64,000 nt of DNA from Cyanidioschyzon merolae (taxonomy: Eukaryota). Of this stretch, positions 54,919 through 64,000 are shown piece by piece. Within the stretch, counting starts at the first letter, position 1, and every line of letters begins with the position of its first letter. Below the pieces are notes generated by a model, which saw only the letters and a list, made by a program, of their open reading frames with translations, searched no databases and was not told where the DNA came from. A program made the position numbers and the translations under genes. Where the stretch lies: the NCBI GenBank assembly GCA_000091205.1, contig AP006489.2; one strand, written 5' to 3'.

Positions 54919-56088
54919 GTGCGTACAGCGCGTCGAATGACCTGGCTACTAAGAAGACCAGGACTCTGCTGGGGAGTCCACGGTCACGGTCTGGAACTGC
55001 TACGCTCACGGTTGCTCGAAAGCACGAAAACGAGACCGCTTCTGGTCAGCGCTGCTGCTTGGCTGCAATCGAAAAGCAGACTGTGCACGACACCGGGTGC
55101 TGCTTCGGAGCCTACAGCGCAAACCACTGTTATCCCCAGGAACGAGTGGACTCCAGAAGAAGACAAACTATTGCAGACTCTTGTTGAGCGCCATGGACCC
55201 CGCTGGGCGCTCATTGCCAAAGAGCTGAACTGCTTGCTGAAAAAGGGGCTCGAGCGCTCGCCATCGAGTTGTGCCATGCGTTACAAACGAACTCTGAACC
55301 CCAGTATCCTGCGAAACCCTTGGACTCCCGAGGAAGATGCAACTATACTGAAGCTCTACCGGGAAATAGGCCCGCGATGGGCCGAGATAGCTCGACGCAT
55401 GGCTACGCTTGTGCAAGAAACCACAGATTCCACGGCCTCATCGAAGATTTACCAGCGAACGGACAAGCAGATACTCGACCGCTTTCGCGAAAAGCTTAAT
55501 CCCCAACGCAAGTCCACCAGATGGACCTATGCGGAAGATCAGCAGCTGAAAGCGCTGGTCAAAGAGCAGGGCCCAGGTCGCTGGACAGCGATCGCTGCAA
55601 AGTTACCTGGACGTACCGCGAAAGATTGTCAGCTGCACTGGCGACGATGTCTCGATCCGCGGATATCTCGAAGCTCTTGGACAATAGAGGAAGATGAGAA
55701 ACTGAAAATGCTCGTATCTCGCCACGGCAGGCGATGGGCACTTATATCGAAGCTCATGGGTAACCGCAGTGATATCCAGTGCATGCATCGATGGAGCAGC
55801 AAACTCGATCCGTCCATACGTCGCGGGCCTTGGACGCCGTTGGAGGACCAGGCACTCATTGAGGCGTATGCAGCTTGGCAGAAAAATACAATACGTGAGG
55901 CCTCCATTCGACAATTGCGGATCCGCGGACACAGAAACGTCTGGATCTGGGCAGCACGAGCGGTTCCGGAACTTCATGGGAGAAGTTCGAGTCAGTGTCG
56001 TCAGCGTTTCATGCAGCTAGCAGCATCGAGAAAATTGCCTCAAGAGCTTTTGAAGGATAACCGACACGAGAATCGAGCGACCTCATGA
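54919..56088 (+). CDS. Myb-domain DNA-binding protein with five tandem Myb/SANT repeats (SNAPC4/snRNA-activating-complex-like architecture)
   Basis: Five repeats of 'W(T/S)xEEDxxLxxLVxxHGxxWxxIAxxL..R....C..R(W/Y)': WTPEEDKLLQTLVERHGPRWALIAKEL, WTPEEDATILKLYREIGPRWAEIARRM, WTYAEDQQLKALVKEQGPGRWTAIAAKLPGRTAKDCQLHWRRCLDP, WTIEEDEKLKMLVSRHGRRWALISKLMGNRSDIQCMHRWSSKLDP, WTPLEDQALIEAYAAW. Confidence 0.75.
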   Translation: MRTARRMTWLLRRPGLCWGVHGHGLELLRSRLLESTKTRPLLVSAAAWLQSKSRLCTTPGAASEPTAQTTVIPRNEWTPEEDKLLQTLVERHGPRWALIAKELNCLLKKGLERSPSSCAMRYKRTLNPSILRNPWTPEEDATILKLYREIGPRWAEIARRMATLVQETTDSTASSKIYQRTDKQILDRFREKLNPQRKSTRWTYAEDQQLKALVKEQGPGRWTAIAAKLPGRTAKDCQLHWRRCLDPRISRSSWTIEEDEKLKMLVSRHGRRWALISKLMGNRSDIQCMHRWSSKLDPSIRRGPWTPLEDQALIEAYAAWQKNTIREASIRQLRIRGHRNVWIWAARAVPELHGRSSSQCRQRFMQLAASRKLPQELLKDNRHENRATS

Positions 56089-56783
56089 ACACAGTGGAAG
56101 CGTGCTTCGTGGCGTCTCGCTGTTTTTCCCCGTGACCCTTGCAGCTGAGGCAGCGCGATTCGCTTAGGCCCGTAGAAGTTCAGGTACTGACGAGTGCACA
56201 GCGGAAGAGCTCGCTTGAGGCGCCCTGGCCGAGCGCTGGCAACATTGCAGAGACAGACGCAGATATCTCGTACAACCCAAAGCATATCCGACACTGAGCG
56301 TATGTGTGTTTCACATCTTGGGGCTTGGACTATGGATGCCCCTCCTCATTATAGCTTTCTGGAAATCGTGCAATGGAGAACCCGGTACGAGCAGAAGAGT
56401 CTTAGAACGCGCATCGAACTTGTTGCAAGAATGCAATGACAGTTTTGCCGGAGAGGTGTATGTTCCTGGTTGCTATGATATCAAATACGAGGCCATTTCT
56501 CTGCAAACTTTTTTCAAAGTTTGGTATCCTTGGGTCGCTTTCATGGTTCGATCACACGACTAGCCGCATCCGCTGTCAAGAACTCTGTACCAGGGGGTCC
56601 GTAGGGGCTGATTACGCGCAATAGTTGGGCGGGAACGCCTATGCTGTGCAATCCAGGAGACATGCTGCCCTAGTCGAAATGTACATAACTGGGGTATCCT
56701 CTAGGGAAGCTGTCGTATACGCGCATATCCTTGGTTGCTGTATGATGTCCGATGGCATATCCGTAAAAGTTTTGCGGATCGTA

Positions 56784-57641
56784 TCATATAGCGTGGAGAG
56801 CACGCCAAGTCCACTGGCTAAAATTGACCTCTCCGAGAAACGTTGCAGCGAGCATTACTGCACTCATGGACGGAATGGGCACGAGCAGCAACTGCGTTCG
56901 ACGCAGAAACGGTAGAATATCATAACCAAGCCAGCTTATATACCAAAAGTATGCGTTACTGAAAAGGTAGAGCGCGCAGCTTGCAAAGCGGCTACGGACC
57001 AGGAAACGTAGGAGCACACCCTGCATCACGTACAAAGGCAGGAATACTCCTCCAAATAACGCGTTGCAGTAGACGTCCAGTGCATACATCCATTCCACAC
57101 GCGGCGACTCGGGTTCCATCCAGGATTCTGAAGAATAGCCTGCAGTGGGATCGGCAAGGAAGCGGTTCGCAATCACGACGTAGAGACTACTGAACACCAG
57201 GGCGACGATACCAAACCAGAGAATAGTTTGCGAGGCAGCCAGGCGGAACCCAGCCTTAACTGACCAACCAGAGTAGACGAGCCCATACAAGAAACAAGTC
57301 ATGAAAAAAGACGAGAGGAAAAGCACAAGAAACGCTGGATCGTCGCGGCTCCACTGCTTCTTCGTTCGCCGGTGATAGCGCGTCGCGCGGTATAGTTTCG
57401 AGGGTGCCAATGACGCCAGGCAGGTCATCTGGTATACCGCATAGTCCCAGTCCATTTGCGACCAGTTGAGGGCTCTGGAGAGATATCTCCTTCCAGTTTG
57501 GCTCCATGGTCTACTCATAGAGGCACCCTGTTTCCGAGACGATGCGAGAAACAGGTGTGGATCACTGCGCATGAAAGCGAGCTGGTTGGCGCCTAAATGG
57601 ACTCGCACTCCATACCGTTGCGACGCAGCGCAGCGCGTCAT
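56784..57641 (-). CDS. UNC-50 family protein (Golgi membrane, GMH1-like)
   Basis: 'YLSRALNWSQMDWDYAVYQMTCLASLAPSKLYRATRYHRRTKKQWSRDDPAFLVLFL' matches the UNC-50 signature '..MDFEYALWQM.......YRNF.Y.KQTKDQWARDDPAFLVL', followed by 4-5 TM helices. The true start is probably the internal MSRPWSQ. Confidence 0.8.
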   Translation of the reverse strand: MTRCAASQRYGVRVHLGANQLAFMRSDPHLFLASSRKQGASMSRPWSQTGRRYLSRALNWSQMDWDYAVYQMTCLASLAPSKLYRATRYHRRTKKQWSRDDPAFLVLFLSSFFMTCFLYGLVYSGWSVKAGFRLAASQTILWFGIVALVFSSLYVVIANRFLADPTAGYSSESWMEPESPRVEWMYALDVYCNALFGGVFLPLYVMQGVLLRFLVRSRFASCALYLFSNAYFWYISWLGYDILPFLRRTQLLLVPIPSMSAVMLAATFLGEVNFSQWTWRALHAI

Positions 57642-58197
57642 ACCTTAAGCCCGTGCTTCTAAAAAGTATACGCTTGTGTGAAACGTATAGAGAGATGCGG
57701 TAGAGTTAATCACTGAAGAGCGCTTTGCACTTCATTTTTTGTTCTTGTAAGAGTTTTAGAAGGGCTGCGAACGGCTACGCGTTCTCAGTCGCAATTCGAA
57801 GCACTAGTGCGAGTTTAGCGAACGCTGTCCCGTCTATGCTCTTGTCATGCGCCTGCGGAGAAAAGTGGTCTACGTATCAACCGTAGAATTGGGGCTGAGC
57901 TCTGGAACCGGAGAATTATCTTGTACGAACGTTTGCGAGGTCCTTCTCTGGTGCTTGCCTGAGCGACAGCGCAGCTACTTCCCGAGCTAGCGTGTTCTCC
58001 AGGATACTGCGCTTTCAGCAGCCTTGCGTGTAACGTGAGGTTGCGAGGTTCGGGTCTGGTGCTTACCCGAGTGACAGCCCAGTTAGCTCTCGTTACAGCG
58101 CATTCTTCAGGGCTTTTTTGTATCCCGTGCGGGACAGTGGAACGCGAAAGGTCACTCACGCTCCGCAGCCTTACGCCTCCTGCTACAGAACAGAGGT

Positions 58198-60021
58198 TTG
58201 ATGCGACATTCCGCCCTGTGTGTCCAGAAGCTGCGCGTATCGCAACGCTCGCGAGCTTGTCTGTTCGCCAACGGTCACGGGAGGATGGTCCCTGCAACCC
58301 GAGTACCAACGAAAGTCGTAACAACAAACTCGTGGCCTGATTCCAACTGGAAGCAAGTGCAGTCTTTGTTTCGAGGATTATGGTCCGAGACGGTGCGACC
58401 GCAGCAGTGCGCTGATGATCTCTATCTTTCCGAGCGGCGACGACGACTCGAAGTCTTTGCACGGCGGTCTCGCAGCTGCCTCAAGGCGTGTTGTAACAGC
58501 ATGCGGCGCTTTGTTCGTGCCGCTGTGTCTTCGCCGCGCCAAATGATTGCGAGCTCGCGCTGGAAACATAAGCTGCATGAATTTGACGTCATTCTAAGGT
58601 ACTTGGGAAAGTTGCTTTCCCATGTAGACGCCCGTACTCGTCAGTTTTGGATCAAGTTATTTGTAGTGCAGATGGAAGAAGAAATTCTGGAGACGACTGC
58701 GAACATAGAAAGCATTGTATCACTTGCACCATGTCGAGCGGTGTGCTACGAATGGCTTCTACGCGTCGGTGCATGGCGCGAATTTCGCACTTCGCTGCTG
58801 CGCCATCAAGAAGGGCCAATCGACGCTATATGCTCATACAAGAAGGCGGTTTCGCTGGTTCCAGGCGACGGAAGAGCCTATTTCGCTATTGGATGCGCGT
58901 TGCGTTTGGTGAGGCACGCTTTGCCGAGTGCTCCAGGCGCTCACGCAGCTGCATCGTCTTCACTGACTACCGGAAAGCTGCCTGGCACCGAGGAACTGGT
59001 CTGGCTCGCTCGAGGATACTGGTATATACGCGCATGCCTCGCGAGCACTCGCCAGCATTCAGACGCTCGAAAGCGCTTAGTTGGCCTTGTTCGCAGATCT
59101 TCGACCCTGGCATCTATTTTGCTCCCACAGAGTAGATGCTCCGAGAATCGTAGCGGTATGGGCGAGCTCAATTCGTACAGAGATTCTGCTGACGCTTCCA
59201 CATGTCTAGGCAGTGCTACAGGAGCGGCTGCGCGTGGCGCATTGCTCGCGCGCCCGGCAGCGCACCTCCTAGATGCACACTGCAGTCTCTTGACGAACGC
59301 TTTTGATCAGATTTGCGCCTGGTTCGAGGAAACAGCAAACGAACTGACAGCTGATAACCACGATTGTCCGGCGGTGCACCTTATCACGGCGGTGGTGTTT
59401 AGCCACGCTGATGCCGGAGCTGTGGGACCAATATGGCGACTGCTCCGCACGTGTTGTTTGAGCCAGTTACAGGCCGGTGCAGGGATTCTTGCTGATTACG
59501 TCACAGCGCATCGAGATATTGTTGAGCAGGCCCCGCCGGGCGCTGTCGTTTTTCTGCAGGCTTGTAGGGATCGTTACCTTGCGCACGGTTCCGCGAACGA
59601 TGCCGTAGCACAAAATGGAGCGCTCACGCTCCTCAGCCCGGCAGTGGTTGCTGCGGTGGATGACTTTTGCGACACGCTCGAGCTCTGCAACGACCGGTTT
59701 TTGCCTGCACCTATCTCCCCAGATATTTCCACGAGTTCGAAAACAAGGTATTTGCGAGCTGCACTGCCCGAAGAGCGCGTATTCGGGGGCTTCACTCCAA
59801 TATCGCAGGTATACGCGAATATAGTTGACTTTTCACATGATCGCTCTTTTGCTGAGGATGCGACACGAGTGCTGGGTCACCTGCACCTGTCGACATCTGC
59901 CATGCATGCAGGCTATGCGTGCGCGATGCGCTTGAGGAAACTTGAACATTTGGTCACAAAGCTCCGACGTCAAGCACCCCGGCAGCCGCTGGCATCGACG
60001 GGTGCACTGCACACTGGGTGA
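58198..60021 (+). CDS. hypothetical protein (607 aa), possibly with TPR-like helical repeats
   Basis: Long uninterrupted ORF in an intergenic-sized slot with coding-like composition. Only weak TPR-like stretches, for example 'ICSYKKAVSLVPGDGRAYFAIGCALRLV'. No family recognised and the start is uncertain. Confidence 0.35.
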   Translation: MMRHSALCVQKLRVSQRSRACLFANGHGRMVPATRVPTKVVTTNSWPDSNWKQVQSLFRGLWSETVRPQQCADDLYLSERRRRLEVFARRSRSCLKACCNSMRRFVRAAVSSPRQMIASSRWKHKLHEFDVILRYLGKLLSHVDARTRQFWIKLFVVQMEEEILETTANIESIVSLAPCRAVCYEWLLRVGAWREFRTSLLRHQEGPIDAICSYKKAVSLVPGDGRAYFAIGCALRLVRHALPSAPGAHAAASSSLTTGKLPGTEELVWLARGYWYIRACLASTRQHSDARKRLVGLVRRSSTLASILLPQSRCSENRSGMGELNSYRDSADASTCLGSATGAAARGALLARPAAHLLDAHCSLLTNAFDQICAWFEETANELTADNHDCPAVHLITAVVFSHADAGAVGPIWRLLRTCCLSQLQAGAGILADYVTAHRDIVEQAPPGAVVFLQACRDRYLAHGSANDAVAQNGALTLLSPAVVAAVDDFCDTLELCNDRFLPAPISPDISTSSKTRYLRAALPEERVFGGFTPISQVYANIVDFSHDRSFAEDATRVLGHLHLSTSAMHAGYACAMRLRKLEHLVTKLRRQAPRQPLASTGALHTG

Positions 60022-60231
60022 TTTGCGTCGTATGCAGGTTGCTTCGTCAATCGCCTCACGGGCGGATGGAGCGTCTCGTTTGCGTAAGGAATCATGGCGG
60101 CGTCTCCGATATCGAGTTCTGCTAGACAAAGGCGTTTGGATCTGGTGGGTGACTGGAATTCGGTGACGAAAGCGGTATGACATGAATTTGGGGCGCCAGT
60201 CGAGCACATGTGGGACTTTTCGATGACCGCT

Positions 60232-60244
60232 CCCCCCCCCCCCC
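60232..60244. repeat. poly(C)13 homopolymer
   Basis: ccccccccccccc, read directly. Confidence 0.9.
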
Positions 60245-62179
60245 AGAGCAGTATGATCTAGTTTTGCGCTCGTGGGTATACCCTGGACATCGTGTAAGCG
60301 TTGCTCATCAGAAGAAGCGCGGGATATGCTGTTGGATTGTGCGGGATACCTGATTGTCGACATCGAGCGCGCTCTAGAAAGGTACGCTATGACCGGTCGT
60401 GTAACGCTCCTTCTCGCAATTGGCCAGGGGAGCTCCGGCGTATATCGCGTCGCTCATCCCAAATATATGTGACTGTTCACGATGATAGCCCATCATGGGG
60501 AACTTTTTATCCACCGCTCGGCCGTTCACTTGGAATCGAGCGTAAGATGCTGCTGTGCGTGATCTATTTGTGAGAAAGTTCCCGTGCATGTCCTAGTAAC
60601 TCTACAGCTGCTGGTGGTGCTTCAGGAACATGTTGGGTTAGGATTTGGCCGAACGAACGTTCGGAGAGGACGAAAATCGATAGCTTTATGGAAGAACTTT
60701 AAAGGATGAGAAGCGCATTTGAAACGATCGCGCGTTTCCGCCTTCTTGGTACAGCGATATGCTCACCTTGAGAAGAGATATCCACGGGTAGCTACGGCCA
60801 CATGCAAACAAGGGCGGCAACTCGACCAGTTTGCGCACGAGATCCTGGGCGCATGCCTTCACCGCATAAACTCATGCTTCACTTTCTAACACGCTCCTCT
60901 GACTTTTTTCCATGGTCTAAATCCACGATCCTAACCAGATTTCCTCTGGAGGCGCTCACGCCACAACGGAAAACGAAAGAGACCTCAGTGATTCCATTCT
61001 ATGGCTGTTCCATGAAATGACGCACTTGCCCACGATCGGAGACTCTGTCGAGGGAAACGCGAATTATACAAGGAGGGCACTCAAGGCCACGGTTTTCCAC
61101 GGCTGGCGTACACAATCCGGGACCCAAAAAGTGGAATGGCTGAGGTGGCTATGGGCAGTAGCCGCAAGCTCCCGAGCACCTGTAGATTCTTTTAGTCCTT
61201 CGACTCAACTTTGTTTCACCATTGATATATTGTATAGCAGGAGATCGAAATCTTTACGCAATATACCGTTTAGACAGCAGACGGATCGCATTTAGGATAT
61301 ATATGTTCCTTTACGAACAATGCAAGGAGGACTGCATTCCTTTTTCAGCTCAGTCATACCACAGTACTCCGATGGCCCAGGGACTCCGAAAGAAAGAATT
61401 ATGTGCGCTGCGCTCTAAAAAACTGCTACTGTCCGAGCGTGCTCGTAGACAATGGTAAAAAAATTGCCCGATAATCACCCCACGAAAAGCAAAAGTGGCG
61501 GTAGATGCACTAATAAGCGTCTTTGTTTCTCAACTGCCAGTTCATGTGATCCTGAAACACTGGGATACAGTCGCAATAAAAAGTCGAAGATCGCGCTCGG
61601 CAATTTTGCATAGACATCGCAACCACAGCTTTCCTGGTATTCAGCGATCGGTTTGAAGTAGAGGGACGTCGGTTTGGTTTTCAGTCGATTGAACTTGCTT
61701 CGAACGAAACAATCAGAGCGCCCTTGGGTATTCGAGGAGACAGGCACCCATTGTATGTACGATCGAACTCGAAGAGAAGAACAACATCATCCGTTCGAGC
61801 TGCAGTGGATTCATTCGGCAGCCTCAGTTTCGCTCATAGAGACGGCTCATAAAACAACGCCCAGTACTCGCTCGAATCATTGAAGACTTTTCCCTGACGT
61901 TTGGCGATGTGCTTCTATTGGACATCATGGCGCCCCATCATTCCCCTTGCGTTCGAGCTTTTTGCAGATTGTATTGAGGTAGGGCTGCTTTTCATTCTTC
62001 CATACGCTCCATGGTTTATCCCCATCGAAGGAGCGTTTTCTGTGGCAAAAAGTAATGATTGCTTCGCTGGGTGATTCCTTGAACCTTTGATCACGATGAC
62101 ACCGGAACACATCTCGTTTTTCTTCCACAAAAGCTTCACCCTTGGAAACGTCTTCATATAAGGGCTTGAAGGGAAGTTT

Positions 62180-63986
62180 TCATTTTCAAAAAGTAAAAAA
62201 TCCAAGGGAGAGCTGTGTACATGGAACTGGAGGATCCTGGAGGACCGGTGTCGCCGGTTGCACGAAAAACCCGCAAAGCAGAGCCAAGCAAACAGGAACA
62301 GGCGAAGACAAAGAAGGAAAGGCCGGAGGCCCAACGCCAGATGCTGCAAGAAAGCCGACTGTACGACGAGATGGTGGTGAAAGCCTGTCTTCCTAAGCAT
62401 ATCAAGGATCCCTAGAGGGAAAAGTTGCGAGAGGGTATCAGCAAAACGTGTCGACTCGTACTCCAAGAGTACCGTCAAGGCGTCGTCAGGACTGATGCAT
62501 TTGGCGAGGGAGATGTACGAAGACGTGGCGCACATGGAAAAGGTCGAGGTTCCGGAAGAGGTTTTCGACAAGACGTTTATTCGTCACCTGATGCTTGGTA
62601 CAGAGGAAACGCGGAGGGAAACTGAGCTACTGCATGCCCTCCACGAAAACTTCGTGGAATTCCGCTTCGAGGGTACCCGATGCAGGGGTGACCGGGATAT
62701 TTACACATATGGGGCGATGAAGTACATCACGAACCTGAAGAACCATTTGACAGTGAACCTCGAACGTTACATGATACGCGCCTTGTTTGCACTCTACCCG
62801 GGCATCTGTCCCAAAGGAATATCAGCGATTATCAATGGCATCACGCACGATCGCAAGCTTGAAGATGACATCGAATTTGTCGACAAGAAGGCGTCAAACC
62901 AGAGCACGAATAAGGTGTCCGTCATCCGTGCGGATTTACAAGAGCACCGTGCAGTCATGGAGCTGCCGAATCCAACAGACAAGATATCAGAGTTGAGAAA
63001 AGATAAGGGAAGATACTATCGCCTCGTCCTGCTGTATTTCGTGGTTTTGGACCGAGAACTCGAACGCAAGGCACAGGTGAAGCTGAGTGGGGGAAAATGA
63101 AGAGTGGGAGAGACGGAAGGCTTTCCATATGGGGAAGCGCTTCTACGTCGTTCTAATGTGCACCATCAAGTCACATTTTGTGACTATCGACTCCGCAGTC
63201 ATTCATGGCATCATGAAGGAGATCAGTCCGGAGTTCGATGTTAGCAGGGAGGAATTCTCCGGTGAAAACCGGGAGACGTTCTGGAAGAACATCTTCGATT
63301 TCAAACGTCTGAGGGTGAGCAAACAAAAGGTACTCACTGGGATGATCGAAACCGATGGAGTAGTCATGTGTGTACACTATCGGCGGTTGAAGAAAGATCG
63401 TCCAATCCCCGCCTCGGCGAACCATGAAGATGAGAAGGAGGCGGATCCTGCGAAGCAGGAAGCGGAGGATAACGACTTTGTTGTTGACGTGACGAAGCAT
63501 GAAGATGAGATGGAAGCGGGTCGTGCGACGCAGGAGGTGGAGGATAACGACTCTGTCGTTGGCGCAACGAAGCATGAAGAAAACAAAGAGGAGGATCCTA
63601 CGACACAGAAAGTGCAGGATAACGACTTTGTCGTTGGCACGGCGAAGGATGAAGATGAGAAGGAGGCGGGTCCTGCGACGCAGAGAGTGCATGCGAACGA
63701 CTTTGTCGTTGGCGCGGACCCCGGAAACACGAATATCATCACCATCCCTGCTCCCAAGCGTGCGGAATATGGTACTGATGGCAACTTATGTCAGAAAGAC
63801 ATGCGACTTTCGAGGTTCTCGAGAGCGAGATACTCTCGAGAATCCAGTATAATGAAAGCAAGGAAGAAAATCGAGACGTGGAATGCTAGACTGAAGGAGT
63901 ACCTGGAAGTTTTGAGCGAGGTGACGAGCCGAGGAGCGGACTTTAAAGCTTTTCGGAAATTTATGAAAGTTCGCGTTGCTCATTGA
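62180..63986 (+). mobile_element. Fanzor/TnpB-like element, copy 2 (runs to the window edge, 3' part missing)
   Basis: Homologous to 5440..7750 at both nucleotide and protein level. Compare 62215..62415 with 5456..5698 ('LYDEMVVKA..HIKD'), 62495..63100 with 5738../5832.. ('MHLAREMY..', 'ELLHALHENF', 'YTYGAMKY(I/L)TNLKNHLT') and 63087..63986 ('[18 protein letters not shown]', 'SRFSRARY'). Confidence 0.6.
62215..63986 (+). pseudogene. Fanzor/TnpB-like nuclease coding region, interrupted (copy 2)
   Basis: Frame change and stop between 62415 and 62495 (copy 1 is in-frame across the equivalent point apart from one TAG). Stop and frameshift at about 63100, where copy 1 is continuous. The ORF ends with a stop at 63984-63986, where copy 1 continues. 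Confidence 0.5.
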
Positions 63987-64000
63987 GATGCACTGTGTGA

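Noticed and set aside
1-64000. Prokaryotic or defence-island interpretation (operons, restriction-modification, toxin-antitoxin, CRISPR-Cas)
   Set aside because: Gene content is unambiguously eukaryotic (coatomer, THO complex, USP deubiquitinase, SNAPC4-like Myb, UNC-50, cytoplasmic-type TrpRS, CENP-S). Strands alternate with multi-kb intergenic gaps. The only nuclease-like system is the eukaryotic TnpB/Fanzor-type element.

Overview
This window looks like eukaryotic nuclear DNA: intron-poor, GC-rich (about 55%, estimated by eye), with roughly one gene per 3-5 kb on alternating strands and A/T-richer intergenic gaps. No prokaryotic operons, CRISPR arrays or rRNA genes were seen, and a by-eye scan found no tRNA-like T-loops. 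Gene content resembles an oomycete/stramenopile or early-diverging fungus, but the organism cannot be determined from this window.

Recognisable housekeeping genes, by motif:
- M18 aspartyl aminopeptidase (7830-9404, +)
- polytopic membrane protein, possibly an NCS1-type permease (13719-16613, -)
- USP-family deubiquitinase (18209-19612, -)
- cytoplasmic Trp-tRNA synthetase (21119-22339, +)
- DEAH-box RNA helicase (23414-27361, -)
- Pcf11-like CID-domain protein with a C-terminal SAP domain (27712-30249, +)
- THO complex subunit 2 (32236-37254, +)
- coatomer beta subunit COPB1 (39568-43215, -)
- GH36 alpha-galactosidase (44098-47406, -)
- GT4 glycosyltransferase (50466-52391, +)
- five-repeat Myb protein, SNAPC4-like (54919-56088, +)
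- UNC-50 family Golgi protein (56784-57641, -)
- two small ORFs that are easy to miss: a ROMO1/Mgr2-like protein (10332-10571, -) and a CENP-S/MHF1 histone-fold protein (12559-12978, +)

The most notable content is two diverged, individually damaged copies of a roughly 2.2 kb element encoding a TnpB/Fanzor-like protein (5440-7750 and 62180 to the window end). The protein has a GxDxG RuvC-I-like motif, a TnpB-like 'IDEFRTS' zinc-finger lead-in and a canonical 'DFNAAVNI' RuvC-III motif. That fits a eukaryotic OMEGA-type RNA-guided nuclease family. Copy 1 sits immediately upstream of the aminopeptidase gene, and the six-frame track fuses the two in-frame. A 75 bp in-frame tandem repeat just upstream of the RuvC-I aspartate is present in 2 copies in one element and 4 in the other.

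Other observations:
- a shared N-terminal sequence module, 'WR(V/L)FT...RLEN(F/A)SWRLW', on the divergently transcribed GH36 and GT4 genes
- a 79 bp satellite of about 24 units with a higher-order variant pattern, between THOC2 and COPB1
- a roughly 116 bp minisatellite in the USP/TrpRS divergent promoter region
- a dispersed repeat of about 200 bp present twice
- several microsatellites
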